This document shows, one piece after another, positions 9,086 through 18,138 of a stretch of 64,000 bases of DNA. Positions within the stretch are counted from its first letter, which is position 1, and every line of letters begins with the position of its first letter. Below the pieces are notes generated by a model. That model saw nothing but the letters and a program-made list of their open reading frames with translations. It was not told where the DNA came from and searched no databases. Both the position numbers and the translations under genes were made by a program. Origin of the DNA: Methylococcales bacterium (GTDB taxonomy: Bacteria; Pseudomonadota; Gammaproteobacteria; Methylococcales; Methylomonadaceae); the NCBI GenBank assembly GCA_026398895.1, contig JAPLRZ010000063.1, positions 1 through 64,000 on the forward strand, given 5' to 3'.

Positions 9086-12000
9086 TTATTCAGCCGTTTC
9101 TTTCTGTTTCAGCAACAAATAATCCAACCACAGGTTCGATAATTTTTCCTGCACGGTATTTTGTCGTAAACGTGCATTCAAATGGGGGAAGTCCACTTTA
9201 TCGAGGTCTTGGTCTTGGTTGTAGCAGGAATAAACGAAGGTTTCTTTGCCTGTTTCTGGGTCGATGTGTTTGCACATACATTGGGCGCAGATACCTTTCA
9301 TCATGCACTGCATGGGCGAGTTGATTGAACCCACTGCATGATGAGCTTTATTGAGATAGGGTTTCAACACATCATAACGCGCTGATTTTACTGCTGCCAT
9401 CATACGGTCTGAACCGATAACAATCAGGTGGTCAACGTCGGCTAGTGAAATGGGTTGGTCGCCTAATTCGCCTGTGGCGTAAGCAATCATACATTCCAAA
9501 ATATTACCAACGAAGGTTTTATCTTGCGGACGCGTGGGAACAATCGCTTCAACGCCGTCGCCTTTGTCCACTGACCAGATGATTAAATCCGCAGCGGCTT
9601 CTACGTCTTCGACTTTAAAACGGTCTTGGGTGAATTTGTAACCTGCGAAATAAATCACTTTGTTACCCGCAGCGCGTAAGGCTTTACCGATAGAGAACAA
9701 TACTGCATTGCCTAAACCACCGCCCAATAACAGCACGGTTTGACCTGTGGGAATATCGGTCGGCGCACCTGTTACACCCATGATGACTAAAGGATCGCCC
9801 ACTTTCCACGTTGCACATAAACGCGATGATGATCCCATTTCTAGGACAATCAGCGAAATTGTGCCTTTTTCTTTGTCAACTTCTGCGCCAGTTAAAGCTA
9901 AGCCTTCCGCCATTAATGTCGTGCCTTCTACTGTTGGCGCGTAGGCTTCATAGTTCTGCACGCGATAAAATTGTCCTGCGTGGAATTTTTCAGCGGCTAA
10001 CGGTGATTTAACAACAATTTCAATGATCGTTGGTGTTAAGCGGTTAATCGCAACAATAGTGGCTTTAAAGGAGGCATCCAAACGCGCAAAATGCGCTTGC
10101 AAATCGGCATCGCGTTGGCTTTGTTGCGCTGGATTTAGTGTGGCTAATTCTTGCTCAAACAACTTCACAATGTATGGATAGCCATTTTTCGCGCTCGCCA
10201 TTGCTTTGACCACATTGCCTGCATACACAGGGTGGTTATCGCCATAAAAGCTGATAAATTTACCGTCTTTTGAATAGGAAGTCAGGGGTGCAGGTTTGCC
10301 TAATTTTGGAAAGGCTTCATCGTGCATCGGAATTAACTCAACCACGCCATTATTAATTTCAGGCTCATGGCGTTGGAAAAACCATTTGTCCATCACGAAA
10401 GTGTCAGGGTATTCGTTTTGATAAATTGTATTAGGTGATGTGCCAGCCGCAACGTATAAATTGCGTAAGGGTACATTAATTGGCTCACCGACACTTTTCC
10501 AACGACCCTCTTCAAGTGCTAATTTTTCAAAATCAACCGACGTTAAATGCCCAAATTCATCGGCATTTGCACCGAGTGGACTCATGCCTTCGGCTAAAGC
10601 AATACCTTCTTCTAAGGCTTTAACAATTTCTTCATGATTTTGACGGTAGGCGGGCGCGTCGGTGATACCTTTGCGATAAAACAGGGTGACCCCACCCCAT
10701 GATTGAACTAAGGGTTGAAAATCAGGGGCTTCACCTTCTGCTTCGGCACGGATGCGTTCCGCAGCAATCGCATTACCGTGTGCTAAAAACTCATCGAGGA
10801 TGATAATTTCTTCTTTATCATAACGGGCGCGGGTTTTATCTTCACCATAAGTCGCGACTAAAATATCATAGCGATGTTTAATTTTTTCGACCTGCACAGG
10901 ATAATACGCCATCAATTCAGTGGAGGTATCCATTGCGGTTAAGCCGCCGCCGATGACACCAGCGGGTAGCCGTACTTGTGAATTAGCCAATGATGAGGCT
11001 TTTGACGCGCCCGTTAATTGCAAGCCCATCAAAAAATCAGAGGCTTTGCGGATACCACGCATGAGATTGTTTTTCAGCGGAATAACGGTCGGTTGACCTG
11101 CACCTGAGGCGATACAAATATGGTCAAAACCCATAGCCCATGCGTCATCAATAGTCAACGTACCACCAAAACGCACGCCACCGTAAGCACGGAAAGCAGC
11201 ACGTCTTTGCAAGGTCAGGTAAATCACTTTCAAAAAGTTTTTATCCCAACGCACGGTAATACCGTATTCAGCCACACCACCAAAACCTGCCAATATGCGT
11301 TTATCTAGCTCTTCGTAAAGCTCACTAAAATTTTCAATCGGCGTGGGTAGATTATCAGCATCGCCTGTTAATTCGACAGGTAAGGGTTCTAGTTTTAAAC
11401 CATCAATCCCTGCAACCGCAAAACCTTCATTAAGCAAATAATGACTCATGGTATAACCCGCTGGACCTAAACCAACGACTAGCGCGTTTTTGCCGTTATA
11501 AGGCAACATCACGGGACGCTTGGCATTGAGCGGATTCCAACGCGTCAATAAACTGTAAATTTCAAAACCGTAAGGCATGAACAGTACGTCAGTTAACACG
11601 TTGGTTTCAATTTGGGGAATATCAACAGGATCGGTTTTTTGATAAATACAGCCTTTCATACATTCGTTACAAATTCGATGCCCTGTACCTGGACACATCG
11701 GATTGTCGATGATGATAATAGCTAACGCGCCGATGTTATCACCGTTGCGTTTAACGAGGTTCATTTCAGAAATTTTTTCATCCAACGGACAACCAATCGT
11801 GGTCACGCCTAAAGAATCAATTTTGAAAGTATTGTTTTTTTTGTTTTTCATGCCTTTAGAGCAAGAATCGGTATCGCGCTCGTGGCAATAGATACAGTGA
11901 TTAACTTCAGACAACGATTGTCGTCCGTTATAACGGGGATCAGTCAACTTAAAGCCATCACGACGGCGGCGATGCTCAAGACTGCCCATCCATGCGGTGA

Positions 12001-12790
12001 ATTCACCACGGTCTACAGTTTCATGGGCAACTAAAGCGGCAAAATCGCGTTTTTCAGGTAATTTGAAACTCAACCAATCGGCAACTACATCGTTATCTTG
12101 TTGAGCAATAAAGCTCCAGCGATTGACGATGTCCATTAAATAGGCGACAAATTCACTGTCTTCGAGTGTCAAACTGTCTTTGAATTCCTCAGCCGCTGTC
12201 TCATCCGCGATTAATTTAGCGCGTAACGCGGCAACTTGTTCATCAGCATTGACATAATCGCTGACTTTGCCTTTCGCTAACAGTTTGTAATGACTCGCTA
12301 AAACGCCAATAACCGCGCCTACTCGCGCCACGCGATGTTCAGCATCTTCATCTAAATTGGCTTCTGGAAATCCCGCAGCAATTAATAAATCAAAGCGATT
12401 AAGTATCTCTGGAATTTTCCACTCGCTGGTGTCTACGCCTTTAAATACCACGGCTAGTTTTTCGACCACTTCATTTTTATAAGTAAAAATAGTGTCGATT
12501 TCGTCTTTAATTGCGCGGCTTTGCGCTTGGTGTTCATCGGAAATATTAAATAATTTTGCGACAAATTTTCCAAGATAGGGCGCGACATCAACCAATAATT
12601 GTGAGGTTGCTTCAGGGGTTAACTCCGTGCCTTGGGTTTGTTGATACGCGGTAAATCGTGCATATAAATCGGCATCATGATAGTGAATTGATTCATCAAA
12701 AACCGTTGATAAATCGTTGAGTCGATCGGCATCGTATAAATCAGGGTAACTGAAATTAGCTATGCCAAGAGTAAGATTGTTTTGTGTCAT
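9086..12790 (-). CDS. Large multi-domain flavoprotein oxidoreductase with GltD/SudA-like and PyrK/SudB-like domains (putative NAD(P)H:ferredoxin oxidoreductase)
   Basis: Domains from N- to C-terminus: an unknown helical N-terminal extension of about 300 aa; a Cys-cluster region (CIYCHERDTDSC...GCPLDEK...CPGTGHRICNECMKGC) like the GltD/DPD alpha-helical ferredoxin domain; a Rossmann fold GLGPAGY (GxGxxG); then a PyrK/FNR-like FAD/NAD module (GQFYRVQNY..., LLLGGGLGNAVLFSIGKAL) with terminal Cys pairs CMMKGICAQCMC. Confidence 0.55.
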   Translation of the reverse strand: MTQNNLTLGIANFSYPDLYDADRLNDLSTVFDESIHYHDADLYARFTAYQQTQGTELTPEATSQLLVDVAPYLGKFVAKLFNISDEHQAQSRAIKDEIDTIFTYKNEVVEKLAVVFKGVDTSEWKIPEILNRFDLLIAAGFPEANLDEDAEHRVARVGAVIGVLASHYKLLAKGKVSDYVNADEQVAALRAKLIADETAAEEFKDSLTLEDSEFVAYLMDIVNRWSFIAQQDNDVVADWLSFKLPEKRDFAALVAHETVDRGEFTAWMGSLEHRRRRDGFKLTDPRYNGRQSLSEVNHCIYCHERDTDSCSKGMKNKKNNTFKIDSLGVTTIGCPLDEKISEMNLVKRNGDNIGALAIIIIDNPMCPGTGHRICNECMKGCIYQKTDPVDIPQIETNVLTDVLFMPYGFEIYSLLTRWNPLNAKRPVMLPYNGKNALVVGLGPAGYTMSHYLLNEGFAVAGIDGLKLEPLPVELTGDADNLPTPIENFSELYEELDKRILAGFGGVAEYGITVRWDKNFLKVIYLTLQRRAAFRAYGGVRFGGTLTIDDAWAMGFDHICIASGAGQPTVIPLKNNLMRGIRKASDFLMGLQLTGASKASSLANSQVRLPAGVIGGGLTAMDTSTELMAYYPVQVEKIKHRYDILVATYGEDKTRARYDKEEIIILDEFLAHGNAIAAERIRAEAEGEAPDFQPLVQSWGGVTLFYRKGITDAPAYRQNHEEIVKALEEGIALAEGMSPLGANADEFGHLTSVDFEKLALEEGRWKSVGEPINVPLRNLYVAAGTSPNTIYQNEYPDTFVMDKWFFQRHEPEINNGVVELIPMHDEAFPKLGKPAPLTSYSKDGKFISFYGDNHPVYAGNVVKAMASAKNGYPYIVKLFEQELATLNPAQQSQRDADLQAHFARLDASFKATIVAINRLTPTIIEIVVKSPLAAEKFHAGQFYRVQNYEAYAPTVEGTTLMAEGLALTGAEVDKEKGTISLIVLEMGSSSRLCATWKVGDPLVIMGVTGAPTDIPTGQTVLLLGGGLGNAVLFSIGKALRAAGNKVIYFAGYKFTQDRFKVEDVEAAADLIIWSVDKGDGVEAIVPTRPQDKTFVGNILECMIAYATGELGDQPISLADVDHLIVIGSDRMMAAVKSARYDVLKPYLNKAHHAVGSINSPMQCMMKGICAQCMCKHIDPETGKETFVYSCYNQDQDLDKVDFPHLNARLRQNTVQEKLSNLWLDYLLLKQKETAE

Positions 12791-13113
12791 AGAGTTGTGT
12801 GAGTTGAGGTTAAAGGATTATTGTATTCGTTATTAGCACTCGCGTCTTAAAACGGGTGATAATTTGTGTTGATGGTCAACGGTGAAAAATACGTTAATTT
12901 TACTTCTAAATGTGCAAGCTCGCATTATCTCATTCTCTTAGGATTTAAGTGGCTATTTTCTGCGTCGATTAACCCCCGACTATCCTCATTGTGACACGTT
13001 GTCACGCGGTAATTTGCCACATTTTCACGCTATCTATTATTCGCTAGACTATAAACAACTCATAAGCCCCCCTTTATGAGATAACTCACACATCGATAAC
13101 TTGGAGATAAAAA

Positions 13114-13347
13114 ATGAAAAAAGGTAACTTAATTATGCTGGTCGCGGCTGTATTAACACTATTAGTCACTGTTTTCAAAATCAGCAATGCTGAAGATAAT
13201 AAAACGGTTGCGTGGTATTCTGCGAACATAAAAGTAGCCCAAGCCAAAAATAAAGAATGTTATGATAATCCCAGTATAAAATCTTCACCCGACTGTTTAA
13301 ACGCGCAACACGCCTTGGAAATTAGTTTTGGTCTTCCATCAAAATAA
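13114..13347 (+). CDS. Small exported protein, possibly EexN/TrbK-like entry-exclusion-type periplasmic protein
   Basis: A signal peptide followed by VAWYSANIKVAQAKNKECYDNPS...PDCLNAQHAL. This resembles the vEWYkeh...C.nNPg...pnC.NA pattern of small entry-exclusion lipoproteins, but there is no lipobox Cys. Confidence 0.3.
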   Translation: MKKGNLIMLVAAVLTLLVTVFKISNAEDNKTVAWYSANIKVAQAKNKECYDNPSIKSSPDCLNAQHALEISFGLPSK

Positions 13348-13486
13348 TTTACCCACTCTCTAGCTAGCTCCCCATAACGCCTTGCTAACAAAATCAAGGC
13401 GTTGCCTTTCCTAAAGCGCAATTGCTAAAAAATGGCGTTCAGCATAAACTAATGCACAATGTATTTATACACAGTAACTTTGGTTT

Positions 13487-13711
13487 ATGGAGTCGTTAAT
13501 GTTGAGTGTTTTTGTAAAAAATCTAAATCGGGAACAATGGATTTCTGATGCGGCGTATTATAAAGCTATATCCAGAGGCTTTGATCCTTACTATGAATTA
13601 AGTGACTGGCTAGCAGCAGAGCAAGATTATTTAACCATGCTGCAACTTAATGATTCCCTAAAAAATGGTACGGTAACAAAAATGGGCTTACGGCAATTAG
13701 CCAAACCATAG
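13487..13711 (+). CDS. DUF2934-domain protein (paralogue 1)
   Basis: The AAYYKAISRGFDPYYELSDWLAAEQDYL motif is typical of DUF2934. It shares NLNREQWIS and a GTVTKMGLRQLA tail with the next ORF. Confidence 0.45.
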   Translation: MESLMLSVFVKNLNREQWISDAAYYKAISRGFDPYYELSDWLAAEQDYLTMLQLNDSLKNGTVTKMGLRQLAKP

Positions 13712-13795
13712 GCTAAATAATTAGCTAAATAAAGTATGGTCAATACTAGCTAAACAGGGACGTTAAGCATAGACTAGCGCATTCACCTTGCTGAG

Positions 13796-14206
13796 TTGCT
13801 GGAGCAGTTTATGTTAAGTGCTTTTATAAAAAATATAAATCGCCACCAATGGATTTGTGAGGCGGCATATTACAGAGCGATGGCGAGAGACTTTGATCCT
13901 CGCCACGAATTAGATGACTGGCTAGCCGCAGAGTCAGATTATTTAACCATGCTAATCGATTTGCAACTTCATGTACTTGAAGAAGATGGTACGGTAACAA
14001 AAATGGGCTTACGGCAAATTGCTGAATCTGTGGGGGTGGAGCATCCAGAACTAATGCACTCTGAACTTATGCTGATCCGAGCTATTCAAGAAGCGAGTCA
14101 TCATTACCCCTGTTTTAAATCTGAAAACTCCGAGTCTTGTAAAGAAATGGTAGACTGCCAATGGTTGGAAAAATGCCGAAAGATAGTCGCAACTTGGCAT
14201 CGATAA
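13796..14206 (+). CDS. DUF2934-domain protein (paralogue 2, with a C-terminal extension)
   Basis: AAYYRAMARDFDPRHELDDWLAAESDYL, and the same GTVTKMGLRQIA motif as the upstream paralogue. This is a tandem duplication. Confidence 0.45.
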   Translation: MLEQFMLSAFIKNINRHQWICEAAYYRAMARDFDPRHELDDWLAAESDYLTMLIDLQLHVLEEDGTVTKMGLRQIAESVGVEHPELMHSELMLIRAIQEASHHYPCFKSENSESCKEMVDCQWLEKCRKIVATWHR

Positions 14207-14214
14207 ATAAGTGT

Positions 14215-17200
14215 TTATTCTGCTTGAGCCGCATTCCATGCGGTTTGTAATAAATCCTGACATTGCTGTTCAAAATCCTCATTCAATATCAAGCCCACAT
14301 CGGCTACCTTGCCATACAGTAGTTTGAGTTCAGGTTCATAATCTTGTGTTATCGCATGAATTAATCGATCTTTTGCGGCATCTAAGGGTGATTTACTGGC
14401 GCGAGAGCTACGCTCCAAGATATGGGTTTGTTGAATATAGGCAAACGCCGCCTCGACAAAAAACGCATTGTGTTGTTGCAAGCCTTTTTGATAAATACTC
14501 AACCATGTTAACAAGTGTTTTTTATTGACCACCTCAGTCGGTAATATTAAATCTTTATCGGCACTTAATAAATGCGTGGTTTGTGGCTCAACATGATGGC
14601 TAATTAAATGATGCAATAGGGCAGCGACAAAATCTTTACCTTTTAAATCCGCATAACGATACAACAACCGCCCGTTTTCATAACGGTGACTGAGTTTGCC
14701 CACCAACCGATACGATTCAATTTTTATATCAATCGGCAAATCATCCAGCCGCTCACCTAAATTTTTTAGCCTAATTTGATCGACAAATTCATTAATGACT
14801 TGTTGTTGACGATTAAACGCTAACTCACCCGCCACACCCGACAACCAACGTCCTTGCGCCTGCATTTTTTGTACTGAGACTTTGCCTCCGCTTAATTCGG
14901 TTTCTATCCAGTCTTGATAAATGCTGTACCCCGCTAATTTATCGATAACAAACGGTTCGCGTTCTTCGGCTTTGGCTTCCAGACTATTGAAACGCACACC
15001 AACTTGGCGATTGATAAAATATTTTTGTGGATGGCGAAAAAAATTAAACAAATCATTGAGATCAATCACCTGTTCAGTTTCCGTTTCCAGCGTACACGGC
15101 GAAAAAGTAATAATTGATTTTGTCCCCGTAATTGCCACTGCGGTGGCTAAATCGCTGGGCGAATAATTAATTAGTTTGTCTGAACTACCATCAAAATAGC
15201 GGGTGCTAAAAGCTTGTAACGGTTCTTTGATAGTCGGATTAGGTAGTGTGTAACTGTCTTGTAACACCTCCAGCAATTCACTGATAATCACTGAAGGTGG
15301 AATGGTGTTATTTTGACTAATCGACTGCCCGATGTAAGTCATAATCAAGCGTTGTCGTGCAGACAATAAAATTTCTAAAAACTGATAACGGTCATCGGCG
15401 CGGTGTGAACGGTCGCCTTTACGAAAATGTTGGCTTAATAAATCAAAAGTGGGATTGCGATCGATTTTAGGAAATTCACCGTCATTCATCCCTAACAGTG
15501 CGATGACTTTAAACGGAATAGAACGCATCGGCAGCATGGAGCAGAAAGTCAGTTGCCCACGCAAAAAACCATTCGATGATTTACGCTCAGACACCGTGCC
15601 TTCCATCCAACTGACGATGACTTGTAATTCCACCGTATCATGATGCACGCTGGCGACATCGGCAGATAATTCAGCCAATAATTCTTTAAGTTGTTGCAGT
15701 TCAATCGGGTCTACGTTCACCAACAACTGATCCGCATAATAACTCAGTTGGTTATGCCAGTTTTTCAAAGTTTTGGCTTGTTTTAATTCTGCACTGGCTT
15801 TAAACAGCAGGTTCATAAAATCACATAACCCCCCTAATGCGGATGCAGACACGCCCTCAATATCTTTGTACGGTAAAACACCCTCGACAAACTGCGCATC
15901 ACTGCCCACTGCATAACCCATTAGCAATCTATCCAGCATTGCTTGCCAAGTATTTTCAGTCAATTCAGGCAATCCCAATGCTTTTTTATGCTGTGCCGAT
16001 TTCCCCCAGCGTACCTGAGTGACCATTATCCAATGCTTGATTAACTCTACATCTGCTTCCGATAGCCCAAAGCTAGGATAAACTACTGCCTGTTCTAATA
16101 AATCCAACACCGTTTGCCAACCAAAACGGCTTTGACTGACGCTTAAAAAACGAATAAAGGCATCCAGCGCGTGATTGCTCAGTCGCAAACTACGGTCAGC
16201 AATCGCGTGTTGAATATCGCTAAATACCGCGCTGATAAACGACTCATAATCTTGAATATCGGGCGCAATCACCACTATATCGCGCAGTTGTAAGCTGGAA
16301 TCTTGTTCTAATGCGTGTAATAACTGATTTTTTAATACTTCCACTTCACGCATTCTGGAATGGCAAGAATGAATGCTAATCGAATCATCGGCTTGTCGGG
16401 TTAAGCGTGTCTCTACCGCGTTATTTAAAATATCGTTTTGCAAGCGTTGCAGATTATTTAGCGGTGCTTCATTTTCCTCAAAACTTTCTAGCTCAACGGT
16501 AAAGGTAATTTCATCTTCCAATAAAATTGCCTGAAACTCTCGCCCTTGCTGCCCTAAAGTCGATAATAACGGATGTCCAACAAAGCTTTCTTCATTGGCT
16601 ATGCGTTGATGTTTGGTTTCTATGTCTGCCCAAAAATCATTGGATGGATTGAGTAAAAATAAATGCAGTTGGCAATGTTTTGATAGACCTTCCAAATACT
16701 TTAAAAACAGCGGCGGCATGGTGTTGACACCGAAAATACAAATCCGCTCAGGTAGTTGCGTACTGAATGTGCCTTCCTCGGCTTTATTCAATTTATCAAT
16801 GACTTGTAGCCACAACGAACCACGGTGTTTCACACCTGTTTGTTGGGTCACTTGTCGCCACAAAGCTTTTTGCCAACGTTCAGTCGCGGTGTGATACAGG
16901 GTTTTATTCGCTTGCCAAGCGGCTATCATGTCAGGACGCATAATTTGATATTGGTCAAATACTTTCGCCACTTGCAACGCCAGTTGATAACGTTTTAAGG
17001 CAATCGAATCGCCTGATAAATACTGTTTTAGCGGTAATAAATCCTCGCTGTCTAACTGTCGTAATAACGCTTCCAACCGCCACAACATCAAATGCCTGTC
17101 AAACGCGGCATCATTCAAATGACTATCAATTTTTTCAGCTAGGGAACTGAAAAATTTTCCAGGGAACAAAAACTCATAATTGCCCCATACTTTAAATTCA

Positions 17201-17361
17201 TTGGCTAGTTGTTGCGATAACCAACGCTCCATGCCCTGACTTTGAATTAAAAACAGCTCTTTTTTAAACGGTGAACTCAAGGGTGCATTGCTAATCACCG
17301 CTGTTAAATGAGCGACTAGATTTTCAGTGCGGTTGGAACTGTGCAGAATAAACATAAGCAA
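14215..17361 (-). CDS. recC: Exodeoxyribonuclease V gamma subunit RecC
   Basis: The N-terminus MLMFILHSSNRTENLVAHL...LIQSQGMERWLSQQL parallels E. coli RecC (MLRVYHSNRLDVLEAL...ILVQSTGMAQWLQM), and the 1048-aa length fits. Conserved blocks seen: PERICIFGVNTMPPLFLKYLEGL, QLHLFLLNPSNDFWADI. Confidence 0.75.
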   Translation of the reverse strand: MLMFILHSSNRTENLVAHLTAVISNAPLSSPFKKELFLIQSQGMERWLSQQLANEFKVWGNYEFLFPGKFFSSLAEKIDSHLNDAAFDRHLMLWRLEALLRQLDSEDLLPLKQYLSGDSIALKRYQLALQVAKVFDQYQIMRPDMIAAWQANKTLYHTATERWQKALWRQVTQQTGVKHRGSLWLQVIDKLNKAEEGTFSTQLPERICIFGVNTMPPLFLKYLEGLSKHCQLHLFLLNPSNDFWADIETKHQRIANEESFVGHPLLSTLGQQGREFQAILLEDEITFTVELESFEENEAPLNNLQRLQNDILNNAVETRLTRQADDSISIHSCHSRMREVEVLKNQLLHALEQDSSLQLRDIVVIAPDIQDYESFISAVFSDIQHAIADRSLRLSNHALDAFIRFLSVSQSRFGWQTVLDLLEQAVVYPSFGLSEADVELIKHWIMVTQVRWGKSAQHKKALGLPELTENTWQAMLDRLLMGYAVGSDAQFVEGVLPYKDIEGVSASALGGLCDFMNLLFKASAELKQAKTLKNWHNQLSYYADQLLVNVDPIELQQLKELLAELSADVASVHHDTVELQVIVSWMEGTVSERKSSNGFLRGQLTFCSMLPMRSIPFKVIALLGMNDGEFPKIDRNPTFDLLSQHFRKGDRSHRADDRYQFLEILLSARQRLIMTYIGQSISQNNTIPPSVIISELLEVLQDSYTLPNPTIKEPLQAFSTRYFDGSSDKLINYSPSDLATAVAITGTKSIITFSPCTLETETEQVIDLNDLFNFFRHPQKYFINRQVGVRFNSLEAKAEEREPFVIDKLAGYSIYQDWIETELSGGKVSVQKMQAQGRWLSGVAGELAFNRQQQVINEFVDQIRLKNLGERLDDLPIDIKIESYRLVGKLSHRYENGRLLYRYADLKGKDFVAALLHHLISHHVEPQTTHLLSADKDLILPTEVVNKKHLLTWLSIYQKGLQQHNAFFVEAAFAYIQQTHILERSSRASKSPLDAAKDRLIHAITQDYEPELKLLYGKVADVGLILNEDFEQQCQDLLQTAWNAAQAE

Positions 17362-17429
17362 AGGTTCAGCATAAAGGGAGTTAGCGCATTATAATTGTTA
17401 ACAGACTTTGACGTAGAAGCGAATGAATA

Positions 17430-18026
17430 ATGACTAAAATTGGCGTGAGTGTATTTTTCTTGGTATTGCTGTGGTCGGCAATAAATCCTAAAGACTATCT
17501 AACATGGTTGATGGAAACCTTGCCCGCTATGATGGGTTTTATTGTTTTGCTAATGACACGAAAATGCTTTCCACTCACAGGTTTGCTGTATAGCTTAATC
17601 CTAATTCACTGCATTATTCTGATGATAGGCGGACATTATACTTATGCCGAAGTACCGTTATTTGATTGGCTAAAAGACAATGGCATTTTTGCGCGTAATA
17701 ATTACGATAAAGTCGGGCATTTTGCCCAAGGTTTTGTCCCTGCCATGATTGCCAGAGAAATTATTATCAGAAACCAAGTGCTACATCGACAACAGTGGCT
17801 AAACTTTTTTGTCGTCTGTGTCTGTCTCGCCATCAGCTCGTTTTATGAGCTGATTGAATGGTGGGTAGCGTTGTTAATCGGACAAAATGCCGACGCTTTT
17901 TTAGGCACACAAGGCTATATCTGGGATACACAATCGGATATGGCTTACGCTTTATTGGGTTCAATAGTGGCGTTGTTCAGTTTATCACGCTTGCATGATC
18001 TAGCGATTAAACGCTTAGAAAAATAA
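17430..18026 (+). CDS. DUF2238 (YjdF-like) inner-membrane protein
   Basis: A multi-TM profile with conserved YDKVGHFAQGF and ELIEWW blocks typical of the YjdF/DUF2238 family. Confidence 0.5.
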   Translation: MTKIGVSVFFLVLLWSAINPKDYLTWLMETLPAMMGFIVLLMTRKCFPLTGLLYSLILIHCIILMIGGHYTYAEVPLFDWLKDNGIFARNNYDKVGHFAQGFVPAMIAREIIIRNQVLHRQQWLNFFVVCVCLAISSFYELIEWWVALLIGQNADAFLGTQGYIWDTQSDMAYALLGSIVALFSLSRLHDLAIKRLEK

Positions 18027-18138
18027 ATTCTTGGTGATGAAATTATACGCATAGCTAATTTTCCTCTGCTACCCCTTAATGATTAGGGGTAAACTAGCGG
18101 TATATTTTCAGTTTTTCATTCATCTAAGAGGTCGTTTT

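Noticed and set aside
18070-18110. Near-palindrome taccccttaatgattaggggta upstream of nifJ as a possible regulator site.
   Set aside because: Imperfect symmetry, a single occurrence and no associated regulator gene. Noted only as a weak possibility.
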